This document shows positions 14,237 to 27,244 of a stretch of DNA of 64,000 nucleotides, piece after piece. The stretch is from NCBI RefSeq assembly GCF_006345805.1, contig NC_042998.1, positions 131,440,001 to 131,504,000 on the forward strand, given 5' to 3'. The position numbers and the translations under genes are program-made. Numbering within the stretch: the stretch's first letter is position 1; every line of letters begins with the position of its first letter. Under the pieces are notes generated by a model. That model was not told where the DNA came from and made no database searches. It saw only the letters and a program-made list of their open reading frames with translations. The stretch is from Octopus sinensis (taxonomy: Eukaryota).

Positions 14237-15539
14237 GTTTCTTTCGTAGTAGTTTTGGTAATTGTCGTGCTGGTGTTTTAAAACCATCCTCCACCTTGAT
14301 CAAGCAGATTTCCAGTCAACCTTATTCAGCCGTGACGATCCTGCAGTATGGTCCAGACAATTTTCCTTGAACAATTTTCCAATGACATTTCTTTCCTTAT
14401 GTGTTAAGGTGGTTGTATGTAAATTAATGGAGAATGAATATGCAAAAGTATGTGCATGTGTCTGTGTGGCGTGCATTTGTGCGTGTATGCATATGTTTGT
14501 GTAGTCAAGGATGGATAGATTGATTGATTGAAGTAGCCATTCTTTTAAAGATTTTAATGCAAACCATGGTGGTCTAGTTGTAAGTTTTCTGACAAGCTGT
14601 TTTTCTTGTATTAGGAAATTTTCATTGCAGCTTCTTAAAAGATGTAAAATTCCTAGGTATATCAACAATAGTGGTGTATGAAGACCTATAGTCTCATCTT
14701 CAGTATGTTGTGATGTTGGTGTATGTTGTTACCTCGTTTTAGTAGTCAAGATTGGGGGAATGTGAAACTGCTCAATAAACCAGTTAAAACTATAAAATAG
14801 GCTATAGAAAGGCTGTTATAACCCAACATTCAAGAATTTCTTTCACATTTACCCTCCAAAATGATCTACAGCAGCAAAACCACCAACACCAGCAGAGCTA
14901 ATAGCTCATCATCATCAACATCCTCATCACAAACATTATCATCGTCCTTCACCTCATCATCGTCATCATCATCATCAATAGCACCATCGTCACCACCACT
15001 ATCATCATCATAAACTTCAGCTACAACAATAACATTCAAACCGAAAACTGAAAATCCCAAAGAGGAAAAGACAGAGAAAAACGATCTAGTGTAAGAAAAC
15101 ATTAATCCACCTCAGTTTCGACATCAAGGTATCAGTTTTTCAATCAATTGATTTCCTAACCATCGAATTAGAATGTAAGTGGTTGAGTACACAACAGTAA
15201 CGTGTGCTAATAACGTAATTTAAGGCAAAATCACCAAGACACTGAGCCGAACAATGTCGTGCGTTTGAATTATAGGTATACTCTTCTTTGGCATAATTCT
15301 AAGAATTTTCCGTCTATCCTATGTTACTCACAAGGCTTGGACCAACGCGAAAAGACTCTTACCCTAGATTCCATGAAGATGACCAAAGATGGATAGCTAA
15401 CATCTTACCTATACAGCTATGTTGCGCTGGCAAACCATCTGATACAACCCACGCGTAACTTACAAGCAGCTACACTGACAGTTTCTTTCCTAACCTTAGT
15501 TTTGAAAAATTCTCTGGCACAGCACTTAAGTACCATACC

Positions 15540-15880
15540 ATTTTGAATATGAACCCAAATTTCCCCAGACACGATTGGAATGAAATTACAAGCAGACTAC
15601 ATACATCCTGTTCCATGCTTAAAACCAGATTATGCAACTGTCGTAGCTCATTTGCTTTCGTCTTCGATAATAAATGCTTGCAGAAAGATATCATCTATTT
15701 CACCAAGGTAACAAAAAGGACCTATGAAAATACCACATCGGACTTACACCCAACGCATTTAAACAACGAAGCCGATACCTAAATTCATTCAGAAACATAA
15801 AATATTCTTTATAACTGAAACTGGAAAAATAATTCCTTTCCTTAAACTTATAAAAGGAGTAGAAACTCTTATCAATTTTG
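15540..15880 (+). mobile_element. Degenerate Penelope-like element fragment (GIY-YIG endonuclease region)
   Basis: CNCR (15633-15644)...KCLQKDIIYF, then in a shifted frame KYHIGLTPNAFKQRSRYLNSFRNIKY (from 15728). Matches the Penelope pattern CNCR..CL..NIIY...YIG.T...FK.R...H..SF...KY. Confidence 0.6.
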
Positions 15881-16743
15881 TACAACTAAAACTTTTGACA
15901 TCATGTTTGTAAAATCATCGCTCCTTAACAGAATTTTGACGTATGTTTTTTTGCCTGCAAAGAATATTAAAATTTTAAACTTTTGGTATCTATAATACAT
16001 TAGCTCATTTTATAACAATAAAACTCGAACTATTGTATCCAATGTCACTACCTTATTAAAATGGTCGCATGAGATTAGAGACATATTAGGTTGCTATTTT
16101 ATATGTTCCTTTATTAGATTCATTTATCCGACCGGACGGCTTGCTGGTGAGAAACAACTACGTCAAAACACCGGCTGTTTCAGAATACCTTGTACGAATG
16201 AATCGAATGTTACGAATACACATATATCGTAAACGAGAATATCATTGGCAAAACACACCAGCGATTAGAATATACAAGTTATCGACGCCAACTATTTCTA
16301 TCTAAATAGTTTATGGATGCCATTATGCAATCTAACTCCTGCGAAATGAACCATTTTAAGAATATGACATATGATGTCGTACAACATTTGTAGATGGCGT
16401 TTTAGTCATTTTATCGCAAAAATTACTTTACTGATTTGAGAATTCATACCTGAAGTCAGTAAAACAGCCAATAAAGTTTACATGGTTCATGAACGTTTTA
16501 TGGCTGCTCACTTTTAACAGATTGTTACAAATGAAAGCAGCTATATTTGTCTATCTATTTATCTATCTATCTATTTATCTACCTATCTGTCTATATGTCC
16601 GTCTATCTATCGATCGATCTACCTAGCTAACTATCTATCTGTATGTATATATATATATGTTTATCTGTACGTTTGTATGTATGTATGTATATATGTATGT
16701 AAGTATGTATGTAAGTATGTATGTATGTATGTATGTATGTATG

Positions 16744-16824
<81 letters not shown>

Positions 16825-17279
16825 AGAAGATGAAAGCGAAAGCTTTAAAAAACACCAGTCCTACGATAAATACACACACGAGCAATGCAATGAGCACTTT
16901 AAAAACTACCTTCAGGATGGAATTTGAAGATAAGTTTACATTCCCCAATATCAATTGATTTCATGCTGTGTATGAGAAAACATGCTTTGCACTCTTCAGT
17001 TGGAGATAGTAATACCTATTTCCAAAATATTCACTACGTCAACTCGTGTGCGTTTCGAACTTTAAACGTCCCGCTCCGTTTAAGGAGAAAGCTATCGTAA
17101 ACAATAAGAAAGTAACTATATGAAAGCATTATTGTTGTTAAAAATAGTAATAATGAGGCGGTTAGCAAGGATTCTACCTTAACAGATACAATATTAAATA
17201 TTTGAATAAAAGAGGTGTAAAATTACCGCTTGCCAACCGCCTCAATATTACTGTTTTTAACAGTAATAATATAATGCTC

Positions 17280-17282
17280 ATA

Positions 17283-17365
<83 letters not shown>

Positions 17366-17371
17366 ATATAT

Positions 17372-17403
<32 letters not shown>

Positions 17404-17429
17404 GTATATATATATATATATCTATATAT

Positions 17430-17473
<44 letters not shown>

Positions 17474-17524
17474 TATATGTGTGTGTATACATATATATAT
17501 ATATAATATATATATATATGTGTG

Positions 17525-17577
<53 letters not shown>

Positions 17578-17735
17578 ATATATATATATATATATACACA
17601 CATACATGCATATATATATATAGAGAGAGGAAAGCAAAGGCACAATGATTAGGTCACAGAATTTTGACCAAAGAACTCTGGCCGAAATACAATTGATGTG
17701 AACTATACATGGATACATACATATATATAAATATA

Positions 17736-17788
<53 letters not shown>

Positions 17789-17830
17789 GTATATGCACAT
17801 ATATGTATGTATATATATATAACTATATAT
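17280..17830. repeat. Large (TA)n region
   Basis: Directly visible; split by a short unique stretch around 17620-17710. Confidence 0.9.
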
Positions 17831-18029
17831 ATCTATATATATGTCCTCTCTATATATATTTATATACATATATAAATATATAACAGATAGAGATACCCAA
17901 GTTATACCTAACTGCATCAAATAGTAATGATTAGATATCGTGTATAACTGACTGAAATAGTAAGAACTGTACACTTCTGATTTATTTGAATTGTTTACAA
18001 TATGTGTGTCTGTGTGTGTTTGTTTATAC

Positions 18030-18206
<177 letters not shown>

Positions 18207-19624
18207 TGCATATGCGCGTGTATATATGTCATGGTATTTATAAAGCTAAATAACTATAAGTGCCTATGTCAGTATGTATGCCTGTTTGAATCTATGCTAT
18301 ACGTGCTTCTTGCATTTATGGATCTGTATATGTCGGTTTCTCTCTCTCCTTCTCTCTCCTCTCTCTCTCTCTCTCTCTCTATTTATCTATCTATCTATCT
18401 ATCTCCCTCTCTCTCCCGCTCAACATTTATTTATGTATATGTACATCCTGAGATAAACATTTCATCAGAATCCTTGTAAGGATAGCTGATGAATATTACA
18501 CAATAACAGGCCAGGTGACAAGAGTCAAACCCGTTGTGACACTATTGACGTGACAGTACAGAATGACATAGTGCAGTGGGATTTTCAGATTATCAGCTCA
18601 CCGTTTCTACCGAGGCGTCTCCAATGCACTATATTTTGATCTTCTTAGAATTTGCTTCCAAATTCTGCCGTTGTCCGTTGTATTTTAGCCATGGGTTGAA
18701 CATTGAGGATAGCAGTTTAGTAGTAGATGTACATTAAAGGTATATACATATAATATATAGGGAGAAATAGATGCTATATATGAGTATGTATGTATATATA
18801 TATATATATATAATATATATATATACATACATACATATATATATGTATATATATCATATCATATATAATATATTAGAATATATATTATACATTATACATA
18901 GTTATAAACATATGCATATATATCACAAATATATACACGTACATATATACATTTGAATATAATTTTGTATATGTTTGTGTGCATACATTTACATATATAT
19001 ATATATATATATAATACACACACACACACACACAGAGATTTACTTATCTGTATATATGTATATACATACATATCTATATGTATACATACGAACAAAGTTA
19101 TATATATATATACAGAGAGAGAGAAAGATAGATGGACATGTATACACAAACATATTCACACATATATATGTTAGTGTATATTTATACATGTATTATATCT
19201 ATCTGTCTGTCTATCTATTTATCTACATAGCTATAGATATATAACTTTGTACATACATGGACTTAATCCCGTCGCCATTTTGGGGTTATGGCTGCCAAAC
19301 GAAGACTAATACAGATTAAGCAGGCGTTAATTCAAAGCGACAATGGATCATTCGTGATTTTGACGAAATTCCACTTCAAAGAGTGCAGTTTTGCCTTTAG
19401 AGAAATCACGGTGTTGCTGGTGGACGTGGTGGCATGTTCGTGGACACCGTCGTCGACGATATTATTTTGATGGTGGTGCTGATGGCGTTGTTGGTAGTAG
19501 CGTTGACGGTGGTCTTAATACTGTAGTTCTTGGATCGCAATGGTACTGTTTCTATCCTATTTGCTCTTGTGTATGCAATATTATCATAATTATAATATTT
19601 TTATTGCTGTTACTGTTATCAGCA

Positions 19625-19824
19625 ATATTGATTTCAGATTTTGGCATAAGGCCAGCAATTTCGGGGAGGGGTAGGTCGATTACATCGACCCCAGTGTTCA
19701 ACTGGTACCTACTTTATCGACACCGAATGGATGAAAGGCAAAATCGACCTCGGTGGAATTTGAAGTCAAAATGAGAATTCGGATGAAATGCTGCTACTTA
19801 TCTTGCTCGGCATGCTAACGATTC
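19625..19824 (-). mobile_element. SINE family B copy lacking the first ~15 nt of its head (duplicate at about 21456-21655)
   Basis: Body and type-1 tail (GGCCTTATGCCAAAATCTGAAATC) present. Begins at GAATCGTTAGC. Confidence 0.8.
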
Positions 19825-20056
19825 TTATTTCTTTATTGCCCACAAGGAGCTAAACATTGAGGGGACGAACAAGGACAGACAAACAGATTAAGTCGATTAC
19901 ATCGACACCAGTGCGTAACTGGTACTTAATTTATCGACCCCGAAAGGATGAAGGCAAAGTCGTCCTCGGCGGAATTTGAACTCAGAACGTAACGGCAGAT
20001 GAAATACGGCTACGCATTTCGCCCGGCGTGCTAACGCTTCTGCCAGCTCGCTGCCT
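19825..20056 (-). mobile_element. Full-length SINE-B with Tx1-like tail (B2 variant; duplicate at about 21656-21888)
   Basis: Complete head, B-box and body, then ...TTTAGCTCCTTGTGGGCAATAAAGAAATAA. Confidence 0.85.
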
Positions 20057-20177
20057 CTTTGTTGTTATTTATATTGGTTTCAAATTTGGCACAAGGCTTT
20101 TAGTAGATATTTGAATATATAGTGATAGTGATACTGCTGGTGTTGGAGACGATGATGATGATTATGATTTCTTAGTA

Positions 20178-20427
20178 TTAGGTTGGTGCATACTTATTGC
20201 GGGTTTGTTTTTGTTTTGTTTTTTATTAATTTTATTCAACAAAAACAATGACAACATTTAACAAAAACATCTTTAAATGATTATTCCGAACGACTTCCAA
20301 GCAAATTGGAAGCAGTAACTGAAGTAGATGGTGAATATGCTCCAGAATAATCATTTAAATATGTTTTTGTTAAATGCTGTTATTGTTTTTGTTGAATAAA
20401 AGTCACAATAATTATGTACTACCCTAA
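20178..20427. mobile_element. Fold-back mariner-derived MITE, TA-flanked (duplicate at 22011-22262)
   Basis: Terminal TTAGGTTGGTGCAT / ATGTACTACCCTAA with TA on both sides. Long inverted arms enclose a spacer encoding ERLPSKLEAVTEVDGEYAPE*. Confidence 0.8.
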
Positions 20428-20430
20428 TAT

Positions 20431-20632
20431 TATTGGTTTAAATTTTGGCACCAGACCAGAAAGACCAAAGGAAGGGGTGTAAGTCGATTACATCCACTCC
20501 AGTGCACAACTGGTGCTTATTTTATCGATACCGGAAGGATAAAAAGTAAAGCTGACCTCAGAACGTAAAGATGGACGAAATGCCGCTAAGCATTTCGCCC
20601 GGCGTGCTTACACTTCAGCCAGCCCACCGTCT
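20431..20632 (-). mobile_element. SINE family B copy (duplicate at about 22265-22466)
   Basis: Head, partly deleted body and type-1 tail are recognisable. Confidence 0.75.
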
Positions 20633-23009
20633 TATTACTTATTAATAATATTTGCTGCTTGTGTTTATGGCGAATGTGGTGGTGGAAGTTATCGTTATGG
20701 GGAGGGAGCTAAATGCTGCCTGCGCAGAATGTGGTTTTAGGAGTGATAGTAGAGTTACAAGTAGCAGTGTTATGGCTGAGAACTATGCATTCATCACACA
20801 CACAACACAAACACACACATACATACACGCACGCAAACACACACACACATACACACACACACACAGAGATTTACTTATCTGTATATATGTATATACATAC
20901 ATATCTATATGTATACATACGAACAAAGTTATATATATATATACAGAGAGAGAGAAAGATAGATGGACATGTATACACAAACATATTCACACATATATAT
21001 GTTAGTGTATATTTATACATGTATTATATCTATCTGTCTGTCTATCTATTTATCTACATAGCTATAGATATATAACTTTGTACATACATGGACTTAATCC
21101 CGTCGCCATTTTGGGGTTATGGCTGCCAAACGAAGACTAATACAGATTAAGCAGGCGTTAATTCAAAGCGACAATGGATCATTCGTGATTTTGACGAAAT
21201 TCCACTTCAAAGAGTGCAGTTTTGCCTTTAGAGAAATCACGGTGTTGCTGGTGGACGTGGTGGCATGTTCGTGGACACCGTCGTCGACGATATTATTTTG
21301 ATGGTGGTGCTGATGGCGTTGTTGGTAGTAGCGTTGACGGTGGTCTTAATACTGTAGTTCTTGGATCGCAATGGTACTGTTTCTATCCTATTTGCTCTTG
21401 TGTATGCAATATTATCATAATTATAATATTTTTATTGCTGTTACTGTTATCAGCAATATTGATTTCAGATTTTGGCATAAGGCCAGCAATTTCGGGGAGG
21501 GGTAGGTCGATTACATCGACCCCAGTGTTCAACTGGTACCTACTTTATCGACACCGAATGGATGAAAGGCAAAATCGACCTCGGTGGAATTTGAAGTCAA
21601 AATGAGAATTCGGATGAAATGCTGCTACTTATCTTGCTCGGCATGCTAACGATTCTTATTTCTTTATTGCCCACAAGGAGCTAAACATTGAGGGGACGAA
21701 CAAGGACAGACAAACAGATTAAGTCGATTACATCGACACCAGTGCGTAACTGGTACTTAATTTATCGACCCCGAAAGGATGAAAGGCAAAGTCGTCCTCG
21801 GCGGAATTTGAACTCAGAACGTAACGGCAGATGAAATACGGCTACGCATTTCGCCCGGCGTGCTAACGCTTCTGCCAGCTCGCTGCCTCTTTGTTGTTAT
21901 TTATATTGGTTTCAAATTTGGCACAAGGCTTTTAGTAGATATTTGAAATATATAGTGATAGTGATACTGCTGGTGTTGGAGACGATGATGATGATTATGA
22001 TTTCTTAGTATTAGGTTGGTGCATACTTATTGCGGGTTTGTTTTTGTTTTGTTTTTTATTAATTTTATTCAACAAAAACAATGACAACATTTAACAAAAA
22101 CATCTTTAAATGATTATTCCGAACGACTTCCAAGCAAATTGGAAGCAGTAACTGAAGTAGATGGTGAATATGCTCCAGAATAATCATTTAAATATGTTTT
22201 TTTTGTTAATGCTGTTATTGTTTTTGTTGAATAAAAGTCACAATAATTATGTACTACCCTAATATTATTGGTTTAAATTTTGGCACCAGACCAGAAAGAC
22301 CAAAGGAAGGGGTGTAAGTCGATTACATCCACTCCAGTGCACAACTGGTGCTTATTTTATCGATACCGGAAGGATAAAAAGTAAAGCTGACCTCAGAACG
22401 TAAAGATGGACGAAATGCCGCTAAGCATTTCGCCCGGCGTGCTTACACTTCAGCCAGCCCACCGTCTTATTACTTATTAATAATATTTGCTGCTTGTGTT
22501 TATGGCGAATGTGGTGGAAGTTATCGTTATGGGGGAGGGAGCTAAATGCTGCCTGCGCAGAATGTGGTTTTAGGAGTGATAGTAGAGTTACAAGTAGCAG
22601 TGTTATGGCTGAGAACTATGCATTCATCACACACACACACACAAACACACACATACATACACGCACGCAAACACACACACACATACACACACACACACAG
22701 AGTCATACACTCAAACACATATCTAGGGCTTGCAAGGATTTAGTTTGATCTTGCTTCAAGTCGTAGGGAGCTTATCGCTGTTATAACATTTCTTACTACT
22801 ATTACTGTTCTTGTTCTTGTTGTCTGATGTTGATGTTATTCTTAGCGTGACCATCCCATCTTTTTACTTCAGACAACGTATTTGTTGTATGACTAGATTT
22901 TCCGTGATGTAATTCCGTTGTATATTTTTAACACTGCAAAGTGTACTTAAAGGGAAATTTTGCTGCTAGTTAATAATGTTGATATTAATGTTGTTGCAGC
23001 TGCCGGTGC

Positions 23010-23014
23010 AGTAC

Positions 23015-23090
<76 letters not shown>
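23010..23090. repeat. (GTA)n microsatellite
   Basis: Directly visible. Confidence 0.95.
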
Positions 23091-24854
23091 TTTTCTTTTT
23101 GTAGTTGCTGCTGCTGTTTTTGTTGTTGGGTGGCGGTTGTGGTGGAAAATTTTAAACCGACCAGTTTTAAAATTTTTCTTTGTTGTATTTTCATTATTAT
23201 TTACTTAAATGGTATTTACATTTTTATGTTTTCGACAGAAAGGGCGCATGGTATTCATTCAGGCTAGTTAATTTTTCTCGCCCCTAATGAAAAACTCCTG
23301 TGGAAGAAACCCGATCAGAATTGGAAATTAAACCACTCTGTTTCACTAAGACCTAAAAATAAATGTTTAAAATTGTTATTAGTATTGAAAAACAATAGAT
23401 GGTTTCCTATAGTAATCTGTTAGAAACAGTGAGTGTTCCTGGTTTGAAAGAAACAATGCAGATCTCTAAACATTGAACATGTTTGGGAATTAATAACTGT
23501 TAAAATTAGGCCGCATATAATGCAAATATTTTCCAAAAGTAGAGAAACCGAAAACCTGGCTGCTTCAATTTGTTCAAAAGGCATCTCAGAATAAACCTCT
23601 CGAGTAACATGTGTAAAACTCGGTTGATAACAAATCAAGAGATCTTCTACCACTGTCATTTTCTCTGTATTTACTAATGTAGCCAAACAGAACAGCGGGA
23701 TTTTTGACAGCTTAAGTCCATTTATGAGAAGATGCACCTGCTCTCCTCTGACAATTCACATTTGTTGCTATGTATTCAGACGTGTAAATATGGACATTAT
23801 GATTAACAATGAATTCTTTTTTGTGGCATCATGAATAAACACCTGGATGTGTTGTATTTTATCAGTGACGTAAACTAAACATTTTTCTTGCTATATTAAT
23901 TACTGCAAACATTTGCCATGGTATCATCATGTAACAGTTGTACTTGCCGGTGAATAAGCTTGTAGAGTTACATATTCAATATTTTACTTAATTCTGATTT
24001 TGATTCGTTAAAATAAGTTTGATTTAAATTTCATAATGCCGAAAAGGGCGTACACGTTTGCGACAGAATTCAAGAAGCATTATCCGTTTCTGAGAAAACG
24101 AAGTCACCAACTCAGAGGTCTTTGATAGAATAGTATCTTAGATTATATCTGCAATGCTCAGCTACCATTACTGTGAAGGATTGCTCAGGTGCGCTGCATG
24201 AACGTGGGACGCATGCCTTAGGATCTCCTGTACGGTCGGCTAAAGTGTGCATAGCGCCCAATAGGTCATTCATACGCAAACTGTGGGGATGCGTGCGAAA
24301 GAAACAGGGGTGGAAAAAGCAAACTGCAATAAGAACTGTCACCCTGAAATGTGTTTACATATACATTATGTCATTATGATGAGGGTATAGGAAGGATAGA
24401 GTGGAATTCGAAAGAGAAATGGAATGAAAAGAAAAAAGAAATTTCCATCGCCGTCTCCGAAGACAATGGGGTTTTCCCCTCAGATCACATCTTCACCGTC
24501 GGACGAAAACCGATGATTAGTTTGTGATTTTAGCGGAATTTAGCTACTATTTTAAGCAGACCCAATGAGCGCTTAAAAACTGCTCCTCTTGACTGGCTAT
24601 TGTTGGTGAATGTAGATGTTGATAGCACTACAATTGCCATGGTAGCATTGGCGGTAATCTTGATTGTCATGATAGTATTGAATGGCTGAACATATAGAAT
24701 TACGGTCGGTTTTGCTTTTTATTCTTATAAATTTTACACTTCCATTTAGTTTATAACTGCCCAACTGTGCATAATTCTCTCATTAGATATGTGTATGCGT
24801 GTGTGTATGTGTGTATATATATTTGTTATCTATACATGCATACACACACACACG

Positions 24855-24908
<54 letters not shown>

Positions 24909-26273
24909 ATATATATATATATGTGTGTCTGTGTGTGTGTGTATCTATGTATATCCGCACACATGTATGTGTATATATATGTGTGTGTGTGTGTATATAC
25001 GCACCAAAACATACAAAAACATGCACCTACGCACACCTACGTACCTCCAAAGACTGAATATATACATGCTAAATTGAACAAACACATTGAAAATAGCGAA
25101 AGGGTACACAGCTCCAGTTCGTCTGGTTTTATGTTATTAAAGACTAATATGTCTGACTTTCTATCATTCTTTCCGTCTGTGTGGATATTTGTCTGTATGC
25201 CACCCTGCTTGTCTGCATGCATGTGTGTGTATGTTCTCTGTTCGTATGTAAATGAGGGAGAGAGAGAGAGAGAGAAAGATAACGAGAGATACAGACAGAG
25301 ACAGGCAGACAGAGAGAAAGTATATTGTTTCGTTCTTTTACTTGGTCCAGCTATTGTGTAGAGATATTTCCTTGCGAGAGACGTCCCAGCTGTTTGTGCA
25401 CCGAGTCTCTGAGTTCAAATATCACTCACGCTAACTTTACTTTTCATTTTCGCGGAGTCGTAAAAAGAATACTAATCCAGCACTTCTGTGTCCATACGTG
25501 TGTGTGTATGTGTGTGTATGTATGTATGCATGCATGTAAGTGTATACGTGTGTGCGTCGTGCGTGTATGTCTGTGTGTGTATGTGTGTGTATGCATATGT
25601 GTATGTATGCATGTAAGTGTGCATGTGTGTGCGTCGTGCGATTGTGTGTATGTGTGTGTATGTGTGTGTGCATGTGTGTGTGTGAACGTCTGTGCGTGGG
25701 TGAGTGTGGTTATTGCTCAATTTCTGTGCACTAGATAACACTCACAAATCATTAGTCATCATGAGACAGTCACCCAAGACAGCCCACGGTAGAACTGTAT
25801 CCGATACCAATCAGTTTCGAAGAAAACTTTTCGACTCCACATTCATACCTATAAAGCACTTTTAGTTAAATATATTACAATTTCCCCAACTCTATGGTCA
25901 AAGGTAATGGTTTAGTAGAATTATTAGATTAGTGGTTAATTTACCTTGCGCTATGTAGCAACGCTTCCTTATATTTCGAGGTTAGATGCCTGTGAAATCA
26001 ATATAATAATTGACGAATACTCGTTTTAGATTTGTATCACCACCAGAAACAAGATGTGGTCTTTTAACTATATCAGAAATTGTTGCTATTAGACATAATG
26101 CAGGCAGAAGAGGACGGTGAGTATTATTAACGTTCTGTGGCCTTACACAAAGATGTCGATTAAAATAGTGTCAAACGAGTACAGGATTTCGATGGCATTG
26201 TGTGACAATCACACCACAAATGTCTGACCTAGTGACAATATTAGGAAACAGTGTTAATATTTCTGCTAAAGTA

Positions 26274-26488
26274 AGGCGGCGCATGGGCAGAATCGTAAGC
26301 ACACTAGATAAAATGCTTAGCGGTATTTCGTCCGACTTTACGTTTCGAGTTCAAATGCTGACGGGGTCGACTTTACCTTTCATCTTTTCGTGTTCGATGA
26401 AATAAGCACCAGTTGAGCACTGGGGGGCCGATGTAATCAATATATTCCTTTCCTCGAAACTACTGGCCCTGTGCCAAAATTTGAAACC
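26274..26488 (+). mobile_element. SINE family B copy, full length, type-1 tail
   Basis: AGGCGGCGCATGGGCAGAATCG head, intact GCTTAGCGGTATTTCG site, B-box GAGTTCAAAT and tail GGCCCTGTGCCAAAATTTGAAACC. Confidence 0.85.
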
Positions 26489-26655
26489 AAATGTTGTACA
26501 CGAGAGAATAATTAAAATAGAGCAACTTGCCTTACGATGTGTGCTCCGGCTCTTTACATCTTGTGTTCAAATCCCGTCGATGTCAACTTTATTTCTTCAG
26601 AAATTAATAAAACTGTATACCAGTCACGTAATGAGAGGCAGCCGGGTACTAGGCT

Positions 26656-26656
<1 letters not shown>

Positions 26657-26725
<69 letters not shown>

Positions 26726-26732
26726 TCTCTCC

Positions 26733-26764
<32 letters not shown>

Positions 26765-26777
26765 TTATCTATCTATC

Positions 26778-26814
<37 letters not shown>

Positions 26815-26821
26815 TGTCGGC

Positions 26822-26867
<46 letters not shown>

Positions 26868-26870
26868 CTC
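26657..26870. repeat. (CT)n/(TCTA)n compound microsatellite
   Basis: Directly visible. Confidence 0.95.
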
Positions 26871-27244
26871 TATCCCTACACCTGTAAGATTTTGGATATT
26901 CCACTGTGTCAAGAGCGATATACCGAGAAGCTACCTATGTCTGTTCGCGACTACATAGGTACCTAAAACAATGAGTGAAGACATTGTACTGAACAATATT
27001 CACTCTCGAGTGACGGTTGTCAGTACTTAGTAAAAGAATCCTTAGAAGGAGTACAAAATGAAAATCCATGGGTACATATAAATACCTTATCAGTTTTCTG
27101 TTAGAGAGCTTCGAAAAGCTATACAAACGGTTATCTAAAAACCATTAAGAACACAGCTTCTACGTATACAAAAATAATTGCTGAAAAAATTTGTCATTAC
27201 TTTTAACAAGTAGTAATCATGCTGTAAGGAAGAGTTAATAAACT

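Larger units (their letters stand above)
19038..22702. repeat. Direct tandem duplication, units 19038-20868 (1831 bp) and 20869-22702 (1834 bp)
   Basis: Units are nearly identical (ORF track repeats at offset 1831). (AC)7AGAG occurs at all three boundaries. Confidence 0.95.

Noticed and set aside
19391-19774. 127-aa ORF present twice (also 21222-21605), suggesting a duplicated gene
   Set aside because: It runs through low-complexity sequence and the antisense of a SINE-B. Its repetition is explained by the 1.83-kb duplication.
25480-25690. Apparent ~78-bp internal duplication within a TG/TATG tract
   Set aside because: Ordinary slippage within a compound microsatellite; no further structure.
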